Below are positions 15,358 to 25,341 of a stretch of 39,490 nucleotides of DNA, in pieces. The number at the start of each line of letters is the position of its first letter. Positions within the stretch are counted from its first letter, which is position 1. The position numbers and the translations under genes were made by a program. This DNA comes from a virus (Duplodnaviria > Caudoviricetes). The stretch covers positions 1 through 39,490 of the IMG/VR virus record IMGVR_UViG_3300014656_000059; one strand, 5' to 3'. The notes beneath the pieces are model-generated. The model saw only the letters and a list, made by a program, of their open reading frames with translations, did not search any database and was not told the DNA's origin.

Positions 15358-17487
15358 ATGCAAGCTACGCAACAGTATCCAATCTTAAAGGTTGATGAAT
15401 CTCGCGATGATATGAAAGAATCCGAGGTTTTAGAATATTACAATGAATCATATCAGCAAGCTTATTCTTCTTGGGGAGAATTTATAACAGAGGCTGACAG
15501 AGATATGGCTTTTTATCTTGGTGATCAGTGGGACGCCGCAGATAAGCATGCGTTATCAATGCAAAAGAGGTCGGCTTTAGTCTTCAATAAGATAAAAAGA
15601 ATAATCAAAATGGTTGAAGGTTATGAAAGAAAAACACGTGTTTCTTTGATGGCTTCTCCCACTGGTGATGAAGATCAGCCATTAACAGACCAACTTACAA
15701 AATGTCTAATCAGACAAATGAATATAGCTCGCTTGCATATGACTATGAGTGAGGCATTCTCCGGTTCTTTAAAGACGGGTATAAATTTAGTACAGTTATC
15801 ACTAGATCATTCAGAAGATTTGTTGTCGGGCGAAATAATGGGGTCTCGTCTAGCACATAACCAATTTTTGCTAGATCCTAGGATGGAGCGCAGGGATCTC
15901 AAGGATTGCGAATATATCATTCAACGAAAATACATGAGCAAAAACTCAGTTAAAGTATTGTTGCCATTCAGATCCGATGAGATAGATTTGATGAAGGGTG
16001 GAAACTATGATGACAAATTCCCGTACATGCCACCGGCGCGAGATTGGAAAAAAAGAGACCTATTACGCTTCGATGAATTTTGGGTAAGAAAAACCCGCCC
16101 GATCAAGGTGTTGCTAGATAAAGAATCCGGCATGATGAAAAAATGGGACGGTAATGAAGAAGTATTGAGACAGATAATGATAATGGACCCTCTAGAACGA
16201 CTCGCTTTAGGGTTGCCTGCCATGCCGACTATCATGAAAAGAGAAGAAAAATATGTTGAGCTCAATGTTATTGTTGAGAATGAACTAATGTATAGCGGTC
16301 CAGATCCCTGGGGATTGAATGATTTTCCTCATATTCCGGTGATGTGTTTCTGGGACCCAGAATATGCAGCTATCAGCTCGGAATCTGATTTTTCTCTGAA
16401 ATTGCAGGGTATGGTTAGATCAATGCGAGACCCCCAAACAGAAGTTAATAAGCGTCGTTCTAAGGCATTGGATATGATGGATTCATCACTTCAAGGTGGA
16501 TGGCAAGCTAGAGAAAATAGTGTTGTTAACCCAAAGGCATTGTATCAATCAGGTAACAGTGGTGTTGTCTGGATGAAAGAAGATGCCCAAATGACCGACG
16601 CTCAAAAATTACAGCCTAGTGACATTCCACCATCATTGATTCATCTCAGTGAATTATTTGATAGAGATTTGATGGAGATATCTGGTGCCACTTCAGAATT
16701 GATGGGTATGCCCGAAAATGAAAATATGCCAATATCGGGAATATTAGCCAAGGTAAGGCAGGGGGCAGGGCTCACAATATTACAGGATATCTTTGATAAT
16801 TTTAGATTCTCTCAAGAAATGTTAGGAGAGAAGTTATTGAAGATGATGCAGATAAACTATCATCCATCTAAAATACAGCGCATTTTGAATGAGAAACCAC
16901 ATCCGCAGTTTAAAGATGTAGATGCTATCAAGTACGACCTAAAGGTTGAAGAAACGGTTGAAACACCTTCTCAAAAGAATCTATTCTTTATGCAATTAAT
17001 GCAGGCCAAGCAAGTAGGTATACCAATACCTGATTCATTGCTACTTGAGAATATGCCTATCCAGAACAAAGAAAAGATCATAGAGGCATTGAAAGGGCAA
17101 GAGCAGCAAATGGCTAGACAACAACAGATAGAGGATCAACAAAGGCAGACATTAAATGAATTATCTCAAGCAAAGATTATGTCAGATGTTGGAATGGGAA
17201 TTGAACGAGTTGCAAGGGCAGAGGCAGATACAGCACTTGCTCGTGAACGCATTTCTGAATCACAGCAAAACCAAGCTCAGGCAATTCTCAACCGGGCTGA
17301 AGCGATTGTTAAAATTTCGCAAATGAAAGACGATCAGTTGCTTAAGTGGGCTGAGTTTATAAGACAAAGCGAATTAGATCATTTTACTAGACAAGAGAAG
17401 GCTATTGTTGGAGACCAGAAAAAGGTTGCTGGAGATGTAGCTATGGGAATGCAAATGCTAGCACAAAGATCAAAAGTCGTAAAATAA
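15358..17487 (+). CDS. P22-like portal protein
   Basis: FYLGDQW, LVFNKI, GMVRSMRDPQTEVNKRRS; Gln-rich helical C-terminal barrel; position after terL. Confidence 0.92.
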   Translation: MQATQQYPILKVDESRDDMKESEVLEYYNESYQQAYSSWGEFITEADRDMAFYLGDQWDAADKHALSMQKRSALVFNKIKRIIKMVEGYERKTRVSLMASPTGDEDQPLTDQLTKCLIRQMNIARLHMTMSEAFSGSLKTGINLVQLSLDHSEDLLSGEIMGSRLAHNQFLLDPRMERRDLKDCEYIIQRKYMSKNSVKVLLPFRSDEIDLMKGGNYDDKFPYMPPARDWKKRDLLRFDEFWVRKTRPIKVLLDKESGMMKKWDGNEEVLRQIMIMDPLERLALGLPAMPTIMKREEKYVELNVIVENELMYSGPDPWGLNDFPHIPVMCFWDPEYAAISSESDFSLKLQGMVRSMRDPQTEVNKRRSKALDMMDSSLQGGWQARENSVVNPKALYQSGNSGVVWMKEDAQMTDAQKLQPSDIPPSLIHLSELFDRDLMEISGATSELMGMPENENMPISGILAKVRQGAGLTILQDIFDNFRFSQEMLGEKLLKMMQINYHPSKIQRILNEKPHPQFKDVDAIKYDLKVEETVETPSQKNLFFMQLMQAKQVGIPIPDSLLLENMPIQNKEKIIEALKGQEQQMARQQQIEDQQRQTLNELSQAKIMSDVGMGIERVARAEADTALARERISESQQNQAQAILNRAEAIVKISQMKDDQLLKWAEFIRQSELDHFTRQEKAIVGDQKKVAGDVAMGMQMLAQRSKVVK

Positions 17488-17566
17488 AATGTTGTCTTAT
17501 ATTCGGCAAAGTAATATTAATTGATCTATTGAAAAGTAATTAGTTTAACTCAAACAAGGACGTTTG

Positions 17567-17929
17567 ATGGTTGTTGAACTTGGCGAGGTCAGGGAAGAGC
17601 TCGAAAAGAACGAAGCGGTGGTTTTAGATAAAATAATACAAAGATGTTCTGACAAAGAATCTTATTATGTATTAAAGCATTCTGCATGGGAAGGAGTATT
17701 GTCTAACACCATGCGGACGCGTTATACATTGAGAAGTAGGAAACCTAAAATTCCTATCGTTGGAACGAAGCTTTGGTTAATTAGCAACAAGGAATCAACC
17801 ATAACATTAGAATGGGACTTACCAATGGATATCATTGGCACAGAACCATTTGTCGATGAAGATAACGTCGTTGAAGCAAACTATAATTCCGCATGTCAAA
17901 ATGGTTTTGCAGTGTGGAACGCGCGTTAA
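17567..17929 (+). CDS. Hypothetical protein between portal and scaffold
   Basis: AAGGA SD; 120 aa. Confidence 0.7.
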   Translation: MVVELGEVREELEKNEAVVLDKIIQRCSDKESYYVLKHSAWEGVLSNTMRTRYTLRSRKPKIPIVGTKLWLISNKESTITLEWDLPMDIIGTEPFVDEDNVVEANYNSACQNGFAVWNAR

Positions 17930-18144
17930 TATGAGGTTATATCGTTGCGACAGAATATAATTTCATATTGTTATCTGACGTAGGTGGGATCGTCTCCACA
18001 TAGAGACTGGTAAGTCTAGGGATCGTCGCAGTTTTGGGGCTCACATGGATGTGAATAATGACAGGATGTCAGCCCCTTTTTTTAGAGCAAGGATGCTCTT
18101 TATAAGGAGTCGCCGTCCGAAGGGCGTAAAACAAGGATGTTTAC
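17930..18144 (+). ncRNA. Structured leader or sRNA with multiple GGA-loop hairpins (CsrA/RsmA-site-like)
   Basis: TCACA-TGGA-TGTGA, TGACA-GGA-TGTCA, AGAGCA-AGGA-TGCTCT, AAACA-AGGA-TGTTT; GGGGC/GCCCC stem plus T7. Confidence 0.75.
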
Positions 18145-18804
18145 ATGACACAAGATTTGGAAAATGAGGCTGTAACAGAGGAAATCGCCGAACCTCAACA
18201 AGAAGCTCACACCAACCAAGATGATAAGGAACATAATTTCCGCGCATTGAGGGAGCAAGTATCCAATTACCAACGGGATAATGACCAACTTCAATCTCGC
18301 TTACACGAGTTAGAACGTTCATATCAATCCGCTCAGGTTCAACCATCTCAGCAAACAAATGATGACGAAGACCTCCTCACGAAGGGGGAGCTTAAAAGGC
18401 TGTTGGCGCAGAAAGAGCAGGCATTTCAACAACAACTTACTGCAACTCAAATCAGGGCTCAATATAGAGACTATGATGATGTTGTAAATAGGGAAGTTTT
18501 TGAGGATATAAAGCGTGATAATCCGGGTATTGCGGAAGCTATAATGAGTAGTCAGAATCCTGACCTATTAGCATACACTATTGCTAAGAATTCACCCGCA
18601 TATCAAACAAGAGCAGCTAAGAAAAAGCAGCAGAAGTCTGATGCAGATCAAATATACCAGAATTCAATGAAGCCTGGCAGCATCACACAAGGGACGACTG
18701 GCGGTGGGGCTATATCTAAGACGTCGTATTTTGAGAATATGACTCCTCAAGAGTTTGAAGCGCATGTGGATAAGGTAAAAAGAAATGGTAATTGGGGTTA
18801 TTAA
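18145..18804 (+). CDS. Capsid scaffolding protein (probable)
   Basis: Acidic coiled-coil protein directly before the capsid gene; NFRALRE and MTPQEF motifs. Confidence 0.75.
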   Translation: MTQDLENEAVTEEIAEPQQEAHTNQDDKEHNFRALREQVSNYQRDNDQLQSRLHELERSYQSAQVQPSQQTNDDEDLLTKGELKRLLAQKEQAFQQQLTATQIRAQYRDYDDVVNREVFEDIKRDNPGIAEAIMSSQNPDLLAYTIAKNSPAYQTRAAKKKQQKSDADQIYQNSMKPGSITQGTTGGGAISKTSYFENMTPQEFEAHVDKVKRNGNWGY

Positions 18805-18829
18805 CTAACTAAACAATTAGGAGTAACTT

Positions 18830-19774
18830 ATGGCAACCACAACCACTACCCAAGTGAGTGCAGCCGTATCAACTTACTACGATAGACTCCTTTTACAGCG
18901 TGCTAAGCCTTATCTTATTCATTCGCTTTTTGCGCAAAAAAGGAATCTACCAAAGAAGTCAGGTTCGACAATTAAATTTAGACGCTATTCAGCGTTATCA
19001 ACAGCAACAACACCACTATCAGAAGGTATTACCCCCTCCGGCAGCCAGTTATCTGTTACAGATATTACTGCTACCGTTGTTCAATATGGGGATTTTATTG
19101 AGGTTAGCGATGTTGTTGACTTAACAACAGAAGATGCTGTTATTACAGAAGCAGTAGAAGTATTGGGTCAGCAAATGGGTGAAACTCTGGATGAAATCGT
19201 TCGTGATATTCTTTCAGCTAACGCTTCTGCTACTAACGCTTCTGGCGGTGATAATGGTCAGACACCAACAGAAATCACAAAATCTGATATCGATGGTGTT
19301 ATTAAGACTATGATGGGTGCAAATGCTTTGATGTTATCAAGCATTATAAACCCAACAACTGGCGTTGGTACTGTACCTATCGCTCCTGCATATTTTGCTT
19401 TAGCCGATACCGATATGACTAAAGATCTTTCAGCTGTTGCAAACTTTGTATCAGTCGAATCTTACGGTCAGCAAGGTCCTGTTATGGAAGCTGAATGGGG
19501 AACAACAGGTCGCGTACGTTGGCTTGTATCATCCGTTGGAAAAGCTACATCAGAAAGCCCAGTTCAATACCATAACTTTATCATGGGTCGTAATGCCCTT
19601 GGTGTTACTGAGCTTGCTGGCGGCGGAGCAAAAACCATTGTTAAAGCGTATGGTTCTGGCGGAACTTCTGATCCATTGGATCAAAGAGCTACAGTGGGTT
19701 GGAAGACATTCTTTGTTTCAAGAATATTGAATGACAATTTCGTCCATAACTTAGAAACAACACTAGACACTTAG
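18830..19774 (+). CDS. Major capsid protein, N4-gp56 family
   Basis: TIKFRRY..L, QYGDF, DPLDQRATVGWK motifs. Confidence 0.92.
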   Translation: MATTTTTQVSAAVSTYYDRLLLQRAKPYLIHSLFAQKRNLPKKSGSTIKFRRYSALSTATTPLSEGITPSGSQLSVTDITATVVQYGDFIEVSDVVDLTTEDAVITEAVEVLGQQMGETLDEIVRDILSANASATNASGGDNGQTPTEITKSDIDGVIKTMMGANALMLSSIINPTTGVGTVPIAPAYFALADTDMTKDLSAVANFVSVESYGQQGPVMEAEWGTTGRVRWLVSSVGKATSESPVQYHNFIMGRNALGVTELAGGGAKTIVKAYGSGGTSDPLDQRATVGWKTFFVSRILNDNFVHNLETTLDT

Positions 19775-19784
19775 GAGGTGAAAC

Positions 19785-20192
19785 ATGAGTAGCGGTACAT
19801 ATAGACCATATATTTATGTTGGTCACTTTGAAAGTGCTGGTAGTGCAGTAACTATTGATTTATCAGATTGCCCAAATGGCGCACCTGATTTTGCAATGTT
19901 TTGGAATGAAACTAAATTTGCAACAGATGCAGCCAATATGATTGGCTTCTGGACACAAGGATACGCAGACGGCGGTGCTTCGATTATTTTGAACGAAGCT
20001 GATGCTGGAATCGGTGTCGTTGAAACAACGAATGGTATCACAGACAATCTTTCTGTTTCTTATGCTAGTGATGCTATCACTGCAACTAAGACAATGACAG
20101 TTGGAACAGCTTTAGCCGGCTCTAATTCTGATGAAGTTCACTTCATGATTATCTGGGGCAGCAAGTTTGCTGATTTGGGAGACCAAGCTTAA
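19785..20192 (+). CDS. Virion structural protein (possible decoration)
   Basis: Follows the capsid gene, precedes a terminator; AGGAGGT SD. Confidence 0.55.
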   Translation: MSSGTYRPYIYVGHFESAGSAVTIDLSDCPNGAPDFAMFWNETKFATDAANMIGFWTQGYADGGASIILNEADAGIGVVETTNGITDNLSVSYASDAITATKTMTVGTALAGSNSDEVHFMIIWGSKFADLGDQA

Positions 20193-20198
20193 ATTTTT

Positions 20199-20222
20199 AG
20201 CCCCCTTTTGGGGGCTTATTAT
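20199..20222 (+). terminator. Hairpin terminator after capsid operon
   Basis: AGCCCCC-TTTT-GGGGGCT then TATTAT. Confidence 0.7.
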
Positions 20223-20250
20223 TTAGATAACAAACACAAAGGTATGGATT

Positions 20251-20697
20251 ATGAATAAAAGTAAAGTAGCTGTAAGTGAAGAGAATAGAAAAATAGAACA
20301 GGCCGTAGAGGATATTAAGAAATTAAGCAGAGAAGAATGCAGAAAGATGGGTTTGCCTTATTATGATGAGACAAAGCATTGGGTGACATTTACATTTCTT
20401 GAGCAACCGGGACAAAAGCTAGACTTTACCTATGGAAAAACAGTTTATAATCCTAAAAAAGCTAATAAAAAAGGCACTGTACACGAGAAATATAGTCTTA
20501 AAGATGGCGATAAATACGAATTACCCCAATATATTATCGAACACCTGAGTAGTTTGGTTGTCCCCGACCCCACAGTAGAGAAGATAGATAATCAGATAAA
20601 ATTGAAAAAGGGAAGGGTTAGAAATAGATTCGCTTTAGGACTTACATCTCCGCCAGTAGAAAACGATGGAGATTACAATGGCATGGACTCTCGCTAA
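20251..20697 (+). CDS. Hypothetical protein
   Basis: 148-aa ORF in the morphogenesis region. Confidence 0.7.
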   Translation: MNKSKVAVSEENRKIEQAVEDIKKLSREECRKMGLPYYDETKHWVTFTFLEQPGQKLDFTYGKTVYNPKKANKKGTVHEKYSLKDGDKYELPQYIIEHLSSLVVPDPTVEKIDNQIKLKKGRVRNRFALGLTSPPVENDGDYNGMDSR

Positions 20698-21556
20698 CAT
20701 ACGGAGCAAGGTCAGAAATTTAACAGGTAGACAGAGTACGAATCAATTATCCAATGCTTCTATTCTTGTCTATGTAAATGATTTTTACCAAGATAGATTG
20801 ATTCATGAGCTCAACCTTCCTGAACTTGAAGATTGGTATGACTTTACAACTAGTGTAAACGACGAAAGTTACACTATCGCAGAATCTAGTTATTTCACGA
20901 TAAAGACACCTGTTACTGCCAATGGCGATCCAATGGAATTTTATGTTGATCCATTATTATTTTATAAGAAATATCAGCGTGAAATAACTGTTGATGATGT
21001 TGGTGATGGAGATGGCTCTACTGTGACATTCACTAATACTATAAATAACACTCCCATTAAACCGGGATCTCTTGTAGTAGATGATAGGACAGAAAAGTTT
21101 TCCGATGACGGAGCCGGTACTTTAACAGGCGATGCTGGTGGAACCGGTACTATCAATTATACAACAGGAGCTTTAAGTGTTACCTTCAATTCAGCTCCCT
21201 CCGATGGCAGAGACATTAGAGCGACATATGAATTTTGGACTACTGCTAAACCGACAGCAATGTTATTTGATTCTGCTAATAGTCAGGTTATTTTAAGACC
21301 TGTCCCTGATGAGGTTTATTCAATAAGAGTTAGAACATCTAATGTTCCAACAGCTTTATCTAGTGATTCAGATGTACCGGTATATGATAACTGGGGACCA
21401 GTAATTGCTTATGGTGCTTCTATTGATATTTTAAGAGATTTTGATGGCCCGGAAGTTGGAGGAAGACTTTATAGAGATTATAAAACACATTTAAACATAG
21501 CTAACCGACGTTTCATTCGGCAGTATGAAGGCGTTCGTGTTGAGCCAAAATTTTAA
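20678..21556 (+). CDS. Head-tail adaptor (tail tubular A-like) with inserted beta domain
   Basis: TLANIRSKVR..T N-terminus, LRPVPD.VY, IAYGA; central GTGTINYTTG insertion. Confidence 0.7.
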   Translation: MAWTLANIRSKVRNLTGRQSTNQLSNASILVYVNDFYQDRLIHELNLPELEDWYDFTTSVNDESYTIAESSYFTIKTPVTANGDPMEFYVDPLLFYKKYQREITVDDVGDGDGSTVTFTNTINNTPIKPGSLVVDDRTEKFSDDGAGTLTGDAGGTGTINYTTGALSVTFNSAPSDGRDIRATYEFWTTAKPTAMLFDSANSQVILRPVPDEVYSIRVRTSNVPTALSSDSDVPVYDNWGPVIAYGASIDILRDFDGPEVGGRLYRDYKTHLNIANRRFIRQYEGVRVEPKF

Positions 21557-21570
21557 TCTAGGAGAATATT

Positions 21571-22593
21571 ATGGCTTGGAACGCAACACTTCCAGCTGGA
21601 TCAACATCAATATCCGGTTCAGATGATTTAATACGAGATAACTGGGCAGCAATAGAAACTGGCACAGTTCCGTACGATGCTTTAAAATTACAGACTCAGG
21701 GGTCAGATCCAACAGCGGTGGCGGATTATGGATTTCTTTTCTCAAAGGATGTATCTTCTAAGGCTGAGTTGCATTACATCGATGAAGATAGCAACGTCAT
21801 ACAGATAACAAGTGCTGGATCACTGGGAAGCGCTACAGAAAATTTTGCAGCTGCAAAAATCGATGTGGACAATCTTAGACTTGATGGAAACACTATCATA
21901 TCTACTGACACAAATGGCGACATTAATATTACCCCTGATGGAACTGGTTCGGTTGTAATATCTAAGGCCGATATTAATAGCGGTGCCATCGATGGAACAG
22001 CTATCGGTGCAGCTTCTGCTTCAACTGGAGTTTTCACAACTATAACAGCGGCAAGCTTGGCTTATCCTACTTCGGATGGTAGTGCTAATCAATTTATTTC
22101 TACCGATGGGGCGGGGACATTGTCTTTCGCAACAGCGGGGACTTTAGTACAACAAGTAGTTGTTACCGACAATAGTCATTTTTCAACAGCTTCTTCTATA
22201 CCGGCCGATGATACCATTCCGCAAAACACTGAAGGTGCTGAATTATTTACGCTAGCTATTACACCAACTAACGCTAGCAACTACTTATTGATTCAGGTCG
22301 ACATGAATATCTGGTCAACACTAGGTAATAGTTTGGCTACAGCGGCATTATTCCAGGATTCTACAGCTGGCGCATTAGCTGCTTCCGGTGTATGGAACCA
22401 GAACCAAGCAGGATTTTATCCCGAAGCTCTTACTTTAGTACATAGAATGACAGCAGGAACCACCAGCGCTACAACATTTAAAATTAGGGTTGGTTCATCC
22501 CTGGGTACAACTTATGTAAATGGTAGTTCGACTGGTCGTTTTCTTGGAGGCGTTATGAAGGCTACCATGATAATTTCTGAAATAAAGGCATAA
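21571..22593 (+). CDS. Tail fibre-like structural protein
   Basis: Thr/Ser/Gly-rich; NGDINITPDGTGSV and STDGAGTLSF fibre-shaft motifs. Confidence 0.65.
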   Translation: MAWNATLPAGSTSISGSDDLIRDNWAAIETGTVPYDALKLQTQGSDPTAVADYGFLFSKDVSSKAELHYIDEDSNVIQITSAGSLGSATENFAAAKIDVDNLRLDGNTIISTDTNGDINITPDGTGSVVISKADINSGAIDGTAIGAASASTGVFTTITAASLAYPTSDGSANQFISTDGAGTLSFATAGTLVQQVVVTDNSHFSTASSIPADDTIPQNTEGAELFTLAITPTNASNYLLIQVDMNIWSTLGNSLATAALFQDSTAGALAASGVWNQNQAGFYPEALTLVHRMTAGTTSATTFKIRVGSSLGTTYVNGSSTGRFLGGVMKATMIISEIKA

Positions 22594-22594
22594 T

Positions 22595-24394
22595 ATGGCT
22601 TATCAAGCATTTCCTATTGCAGACCCAAAAACTGGGTTGTATGAAGCAAAACAACCATGGTTATCACCTAACGATGCCTTTACCTCGGTGAATAATTTTT
22701 ATACCTATCAAGGGGTATATAAAAAAAGAAAGGGATATAGTGAATTCACACAGATGAATCATTATCAAAAGGCTATTACTGGTGTTACACAGGCTGATCC
22801 TGGGGTTGTTACTTCGGCATCCCACGGTCTTTCTAACGGGACGACCGTTTTAATTTACGGTGTTTCTGGAATGACTGAACTTAATGGGAATACATATACT
22901 GTAGCAAATGCAGCGACTAATACATTTGAATTGTCTGGAACTGATACTACTGGCTTTACCGCTTATACATCCGGTGGAAAGATTGCCACATATCAAACGA
23001 ATGCTATAACTGGTATTCATGAATACATCAAATCGGACGGCAATAGAGAGCTATTGGTATTTGACACTAAGCGCGTTGCGAAATACAACACCTCAACAAC
23101 TGAGTTGCAGGATTTGGTAGAGGCCGACACTTTTACAGGTGATAATGAAGATTTCTTTTGGCTAGACAATTGGAAGGGGAATTCATACTTCGTCAATGGA
23201 GTGGATAGATTGTACGAATATGATGGTTCAACCGTCGCGGCTCTTGATGTTGACATCGATGGCGATGCTTCAAATGAATTGAATACTTGTTTAATGGTCA
23301 TGCCATTTAAAGAACGGCTTTGTTTATTAGGTACAAAAGAAGACGGCACTTGGTATCCTCAAAGATTGCGTTACTCTAAGGTTGCTGATCCAGATGTTTG
23401 GGATGACACTATTGCCAATGGTGGTGGTTATGTTGATGCTCCAACCGGGCAATGGATAAAGGGTGCTAGATATAACAAAGATTACATAATAGTTTACTTT
23501 GATAAAAGCGTTTGGGTGATTAGATATACAGGTAATGTAGATTTGCCATTCAGATGGGAAAAAGTGGCGGATTTTCAAAATGATTCAATGGAATTTGGTT
23601 CTCGTTTTTCTACCATTAATATTGGGTCGGAGGTTTGGACATTTGGCTCAACAGGATTTGTTGGTAGTAATGGTTTTAGTGTTAATCAAATTAATGGCAG
23701 TGTTCCTGAGATAACTTTAAAAGCCAATCAAAACAAACGTAATTTAATTACATCTGGAAAGCTAGATAACTTGAGACAAATATGGGTATCATATCCAGGT
23801 ATGAGTAGCGAAACCTCAGACAATGTTATGGTTTTCAACTACACTGAGGGTTCGTGGACATTATATGATTTAGACGTAACAGTATTTGGATATTATCGAC
23901 TACAGTCAGCCTTGACATGGGATGATGTAGGCGATTCATGGGATGCCATTTCTGAAACTTGGGATAAATATGGTGAGCAAGTTCAGCAAGGATATCCCTT
24001 CTTATTGGGTGGGTCCCAGACAGGATATGTCTGGAGAATGAGCAATACGTCAAAAGATAATGGTACGAATGTTTCTGGAAACATCTATTCTTCTAGATGG
24101 AATCCATATGTTAAACAGGGGCAGAAAGCTAAATTAGGGTGGATAGATTTCTTGGTAACATCAAATGAAAGCACGACATGCACAGTGGATTTGTATGTAG
24201 ACTTTGATTCTTCAAGTTATCAAACATCAACGTTATCATTTTCCACCCCTAACAATGAAAGTAAAGTATGGGTTCGATTAAATAGTGGAGCTGTAGCGGA
24301 ATCACACAGAATCAAAATAAGTAATTCTGATGCAACTTCCCCGGAGATTCACGCTATAGTTCCATATTTTGAACCAGCGGGGCATATAATATGA
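22595..24394 (+). CDS. Tail nozzle/hub protein (P22 gp10, tail tubular B-like) with FCCH-like domain
   Basis: Size and position; FKERL...RLRYS propeller-like segments; ITGVTQADPGVVT..HGL..GMTELNG insertion. Confidence 0.75.
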   Translation: MAYQAFPIADPKTGLYEAKQPWLSPNDAFTSVNNFYTYQGVYKKRKGYSEFTQMNHYQKAITGVTQADPGVVTSASHGLSNGTTVLIYGVSGMTELNGNTYTVANAATNTFELSGTDTTGFTAYTSGGKIATYQTNAITGIHEYIKSDGNRELLVFDTKRVAKYNTSTTELQDLVEADTFTGDNEDFFWLDNWKGNSYFVNGVDRLYEYDGSTVAALDVDIDGDASNELNTCLMVMPFKERLCLLGTKEDGTWYPQRLRYSKVADPDVWDDTIANGGGYVDAPTGQWIKGARYNKDYIIVYFDKSVWVIRYTGNVDLPFRWEKVADFQNDSMEFGSRFSTINIGSEVWTFGSTGFVGSNGFSVNQINGSVPEITLKANQNKRNLITSGKLDNLRQIWVSYPGMSSETSDNVMVFNYTEGSWTLYDLDVTVFGYYRLQSALTWDDVGDSWDAISETWDKYGEQVQQGYPFLLGGSQTGYVWRMSNTSKDNGTNVSGNIYSSRWNPYVKQGQKAKLGWIDFLVTSNESTTCTVDLYVDFDSSSYQTSTLSFSTPNNESKVWVRLNSGAVAESHRIKISNSDATSPEIHAIVPYFEPAGHII

Positions 24395-24909
24395 GGCTTC
24401 CTATTAACTATGATTTTCCTCTTCTTGAGAGAGAAATATTAAGTGGAGATCCCCAGAAACTATTAAATTATTTAGAAGAATTAGTATTAAGATTACGGTT
24501 CTCGTTTAACGATGTTTCGGAGTCAGCTAATGGTTACTCAAGCACATTCACTCCTGTGGTAGTAGGTTCAACATCGGCTGGCTCTGGTACATATGACACA
24601 CAAGTCGGTTTGTACCATGTAATAGGTGAACTGTGTTGGTTTACCATTCAACTGGAGTGGGATGATGCCAATCATACTGGTACAGGTAATGTTACAATAA
24701 CAGGATTGCCAAGGACGTCATCCCTTGAAACAAGTGGAAACTTGGTTTTTACTGCTTATGATGCAGAGGCCGGGTCTGTGTTTACGGGTGTGGCTACTAT
24801 GGAACCGAACACAACAGTAATAAGTTCTGTAATGGATTCAGCTGGGACAGTAGCGCAAATGAATGCAGATCACACGTTAACAATAACAGGAATTTATAGA
24901 GTTCAATGA
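24391..24909 (+). CDS. Tail-associated protein (needle-like position)
   Basis: ATGA overlap; N-terminal helix then FTPVV.GST.AG...TGLP beta domain. Confidence 0.55.
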   Translation: MRLPINYDFPLLEREILSGDPQKLLNYLEELVLRLRFSFNDVSESANGYSSTFTPVVVGSTSAGSGTYDTQVGLYHVIGELCWFTIQLEWDDANHTGTGNVTITGLPRTSSLETSGNLVFTAYDAEAGSVFTGVATMEPNTTVISSVMDSAGTVAQMNADHTLTITGIYRVQ

Positions 24910-25340
24910 AGAATAAACAGCGCTTAAGATATTTCCAATGTTACGACTACAAGATGATTCCCATCGAATTAATCGAACAATTTGATGGCGAAGAGTGGAC
25001 AATGGAAAATTATATTTCATACCAAGAGATGATGAAAAATAATCCTAATTATTTTTTGTTTGTTCTTGTCGATGCAAATTTAGGTGACAAAGTAATTGGG
25101 TTCTTATGCGGTGTTATTGATGAATGTAGAAAAGGTTTATTTATACGGGGGCTAAGCGTGCTCCCAGAATATCAAGGTAATATCATACCTTTTACTAGAA
25201 AATTCATGGAAATGATAGTTAGAAAATCTAATGGTTTTTTAAAAAATATTTATTGGACTACGAATAGAGCTAAAGCATATAGCAAATATGGATTTCATGA
25301 ATCAAAGTATAAGTTGATGTGCCTATACAAGGAGAATTAA
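24906..25340 (+). CDS. GNAT-fold protein before ejection genes
   Basis: VIGFLCG...FIRGLSVLPEYQG...Y.KYGF. Confidence 0.7.
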   Translation: MKNKQRLRYFQCYDYKMIPIELIEQFDGEEWTMENYISYQEMMKNNPNYFLFVLVDANLGDKVIGFLCGVIDECRKGLFIRGLSVLPEYQGNIIPFTRKFMEMIVRKSNGFLKNIYWTTNRAKAYSKYGFHESKYKLMCLYKEN

Positions 25341-25341
25341 A

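Noticed and set aside
18041-18358. Minus-strand ORFs over the scaffold leader, and other antisense ORFs within structural genes
   Set aside because: Shadow frames of strongly supported + strand genes, lacking SDs or motifs
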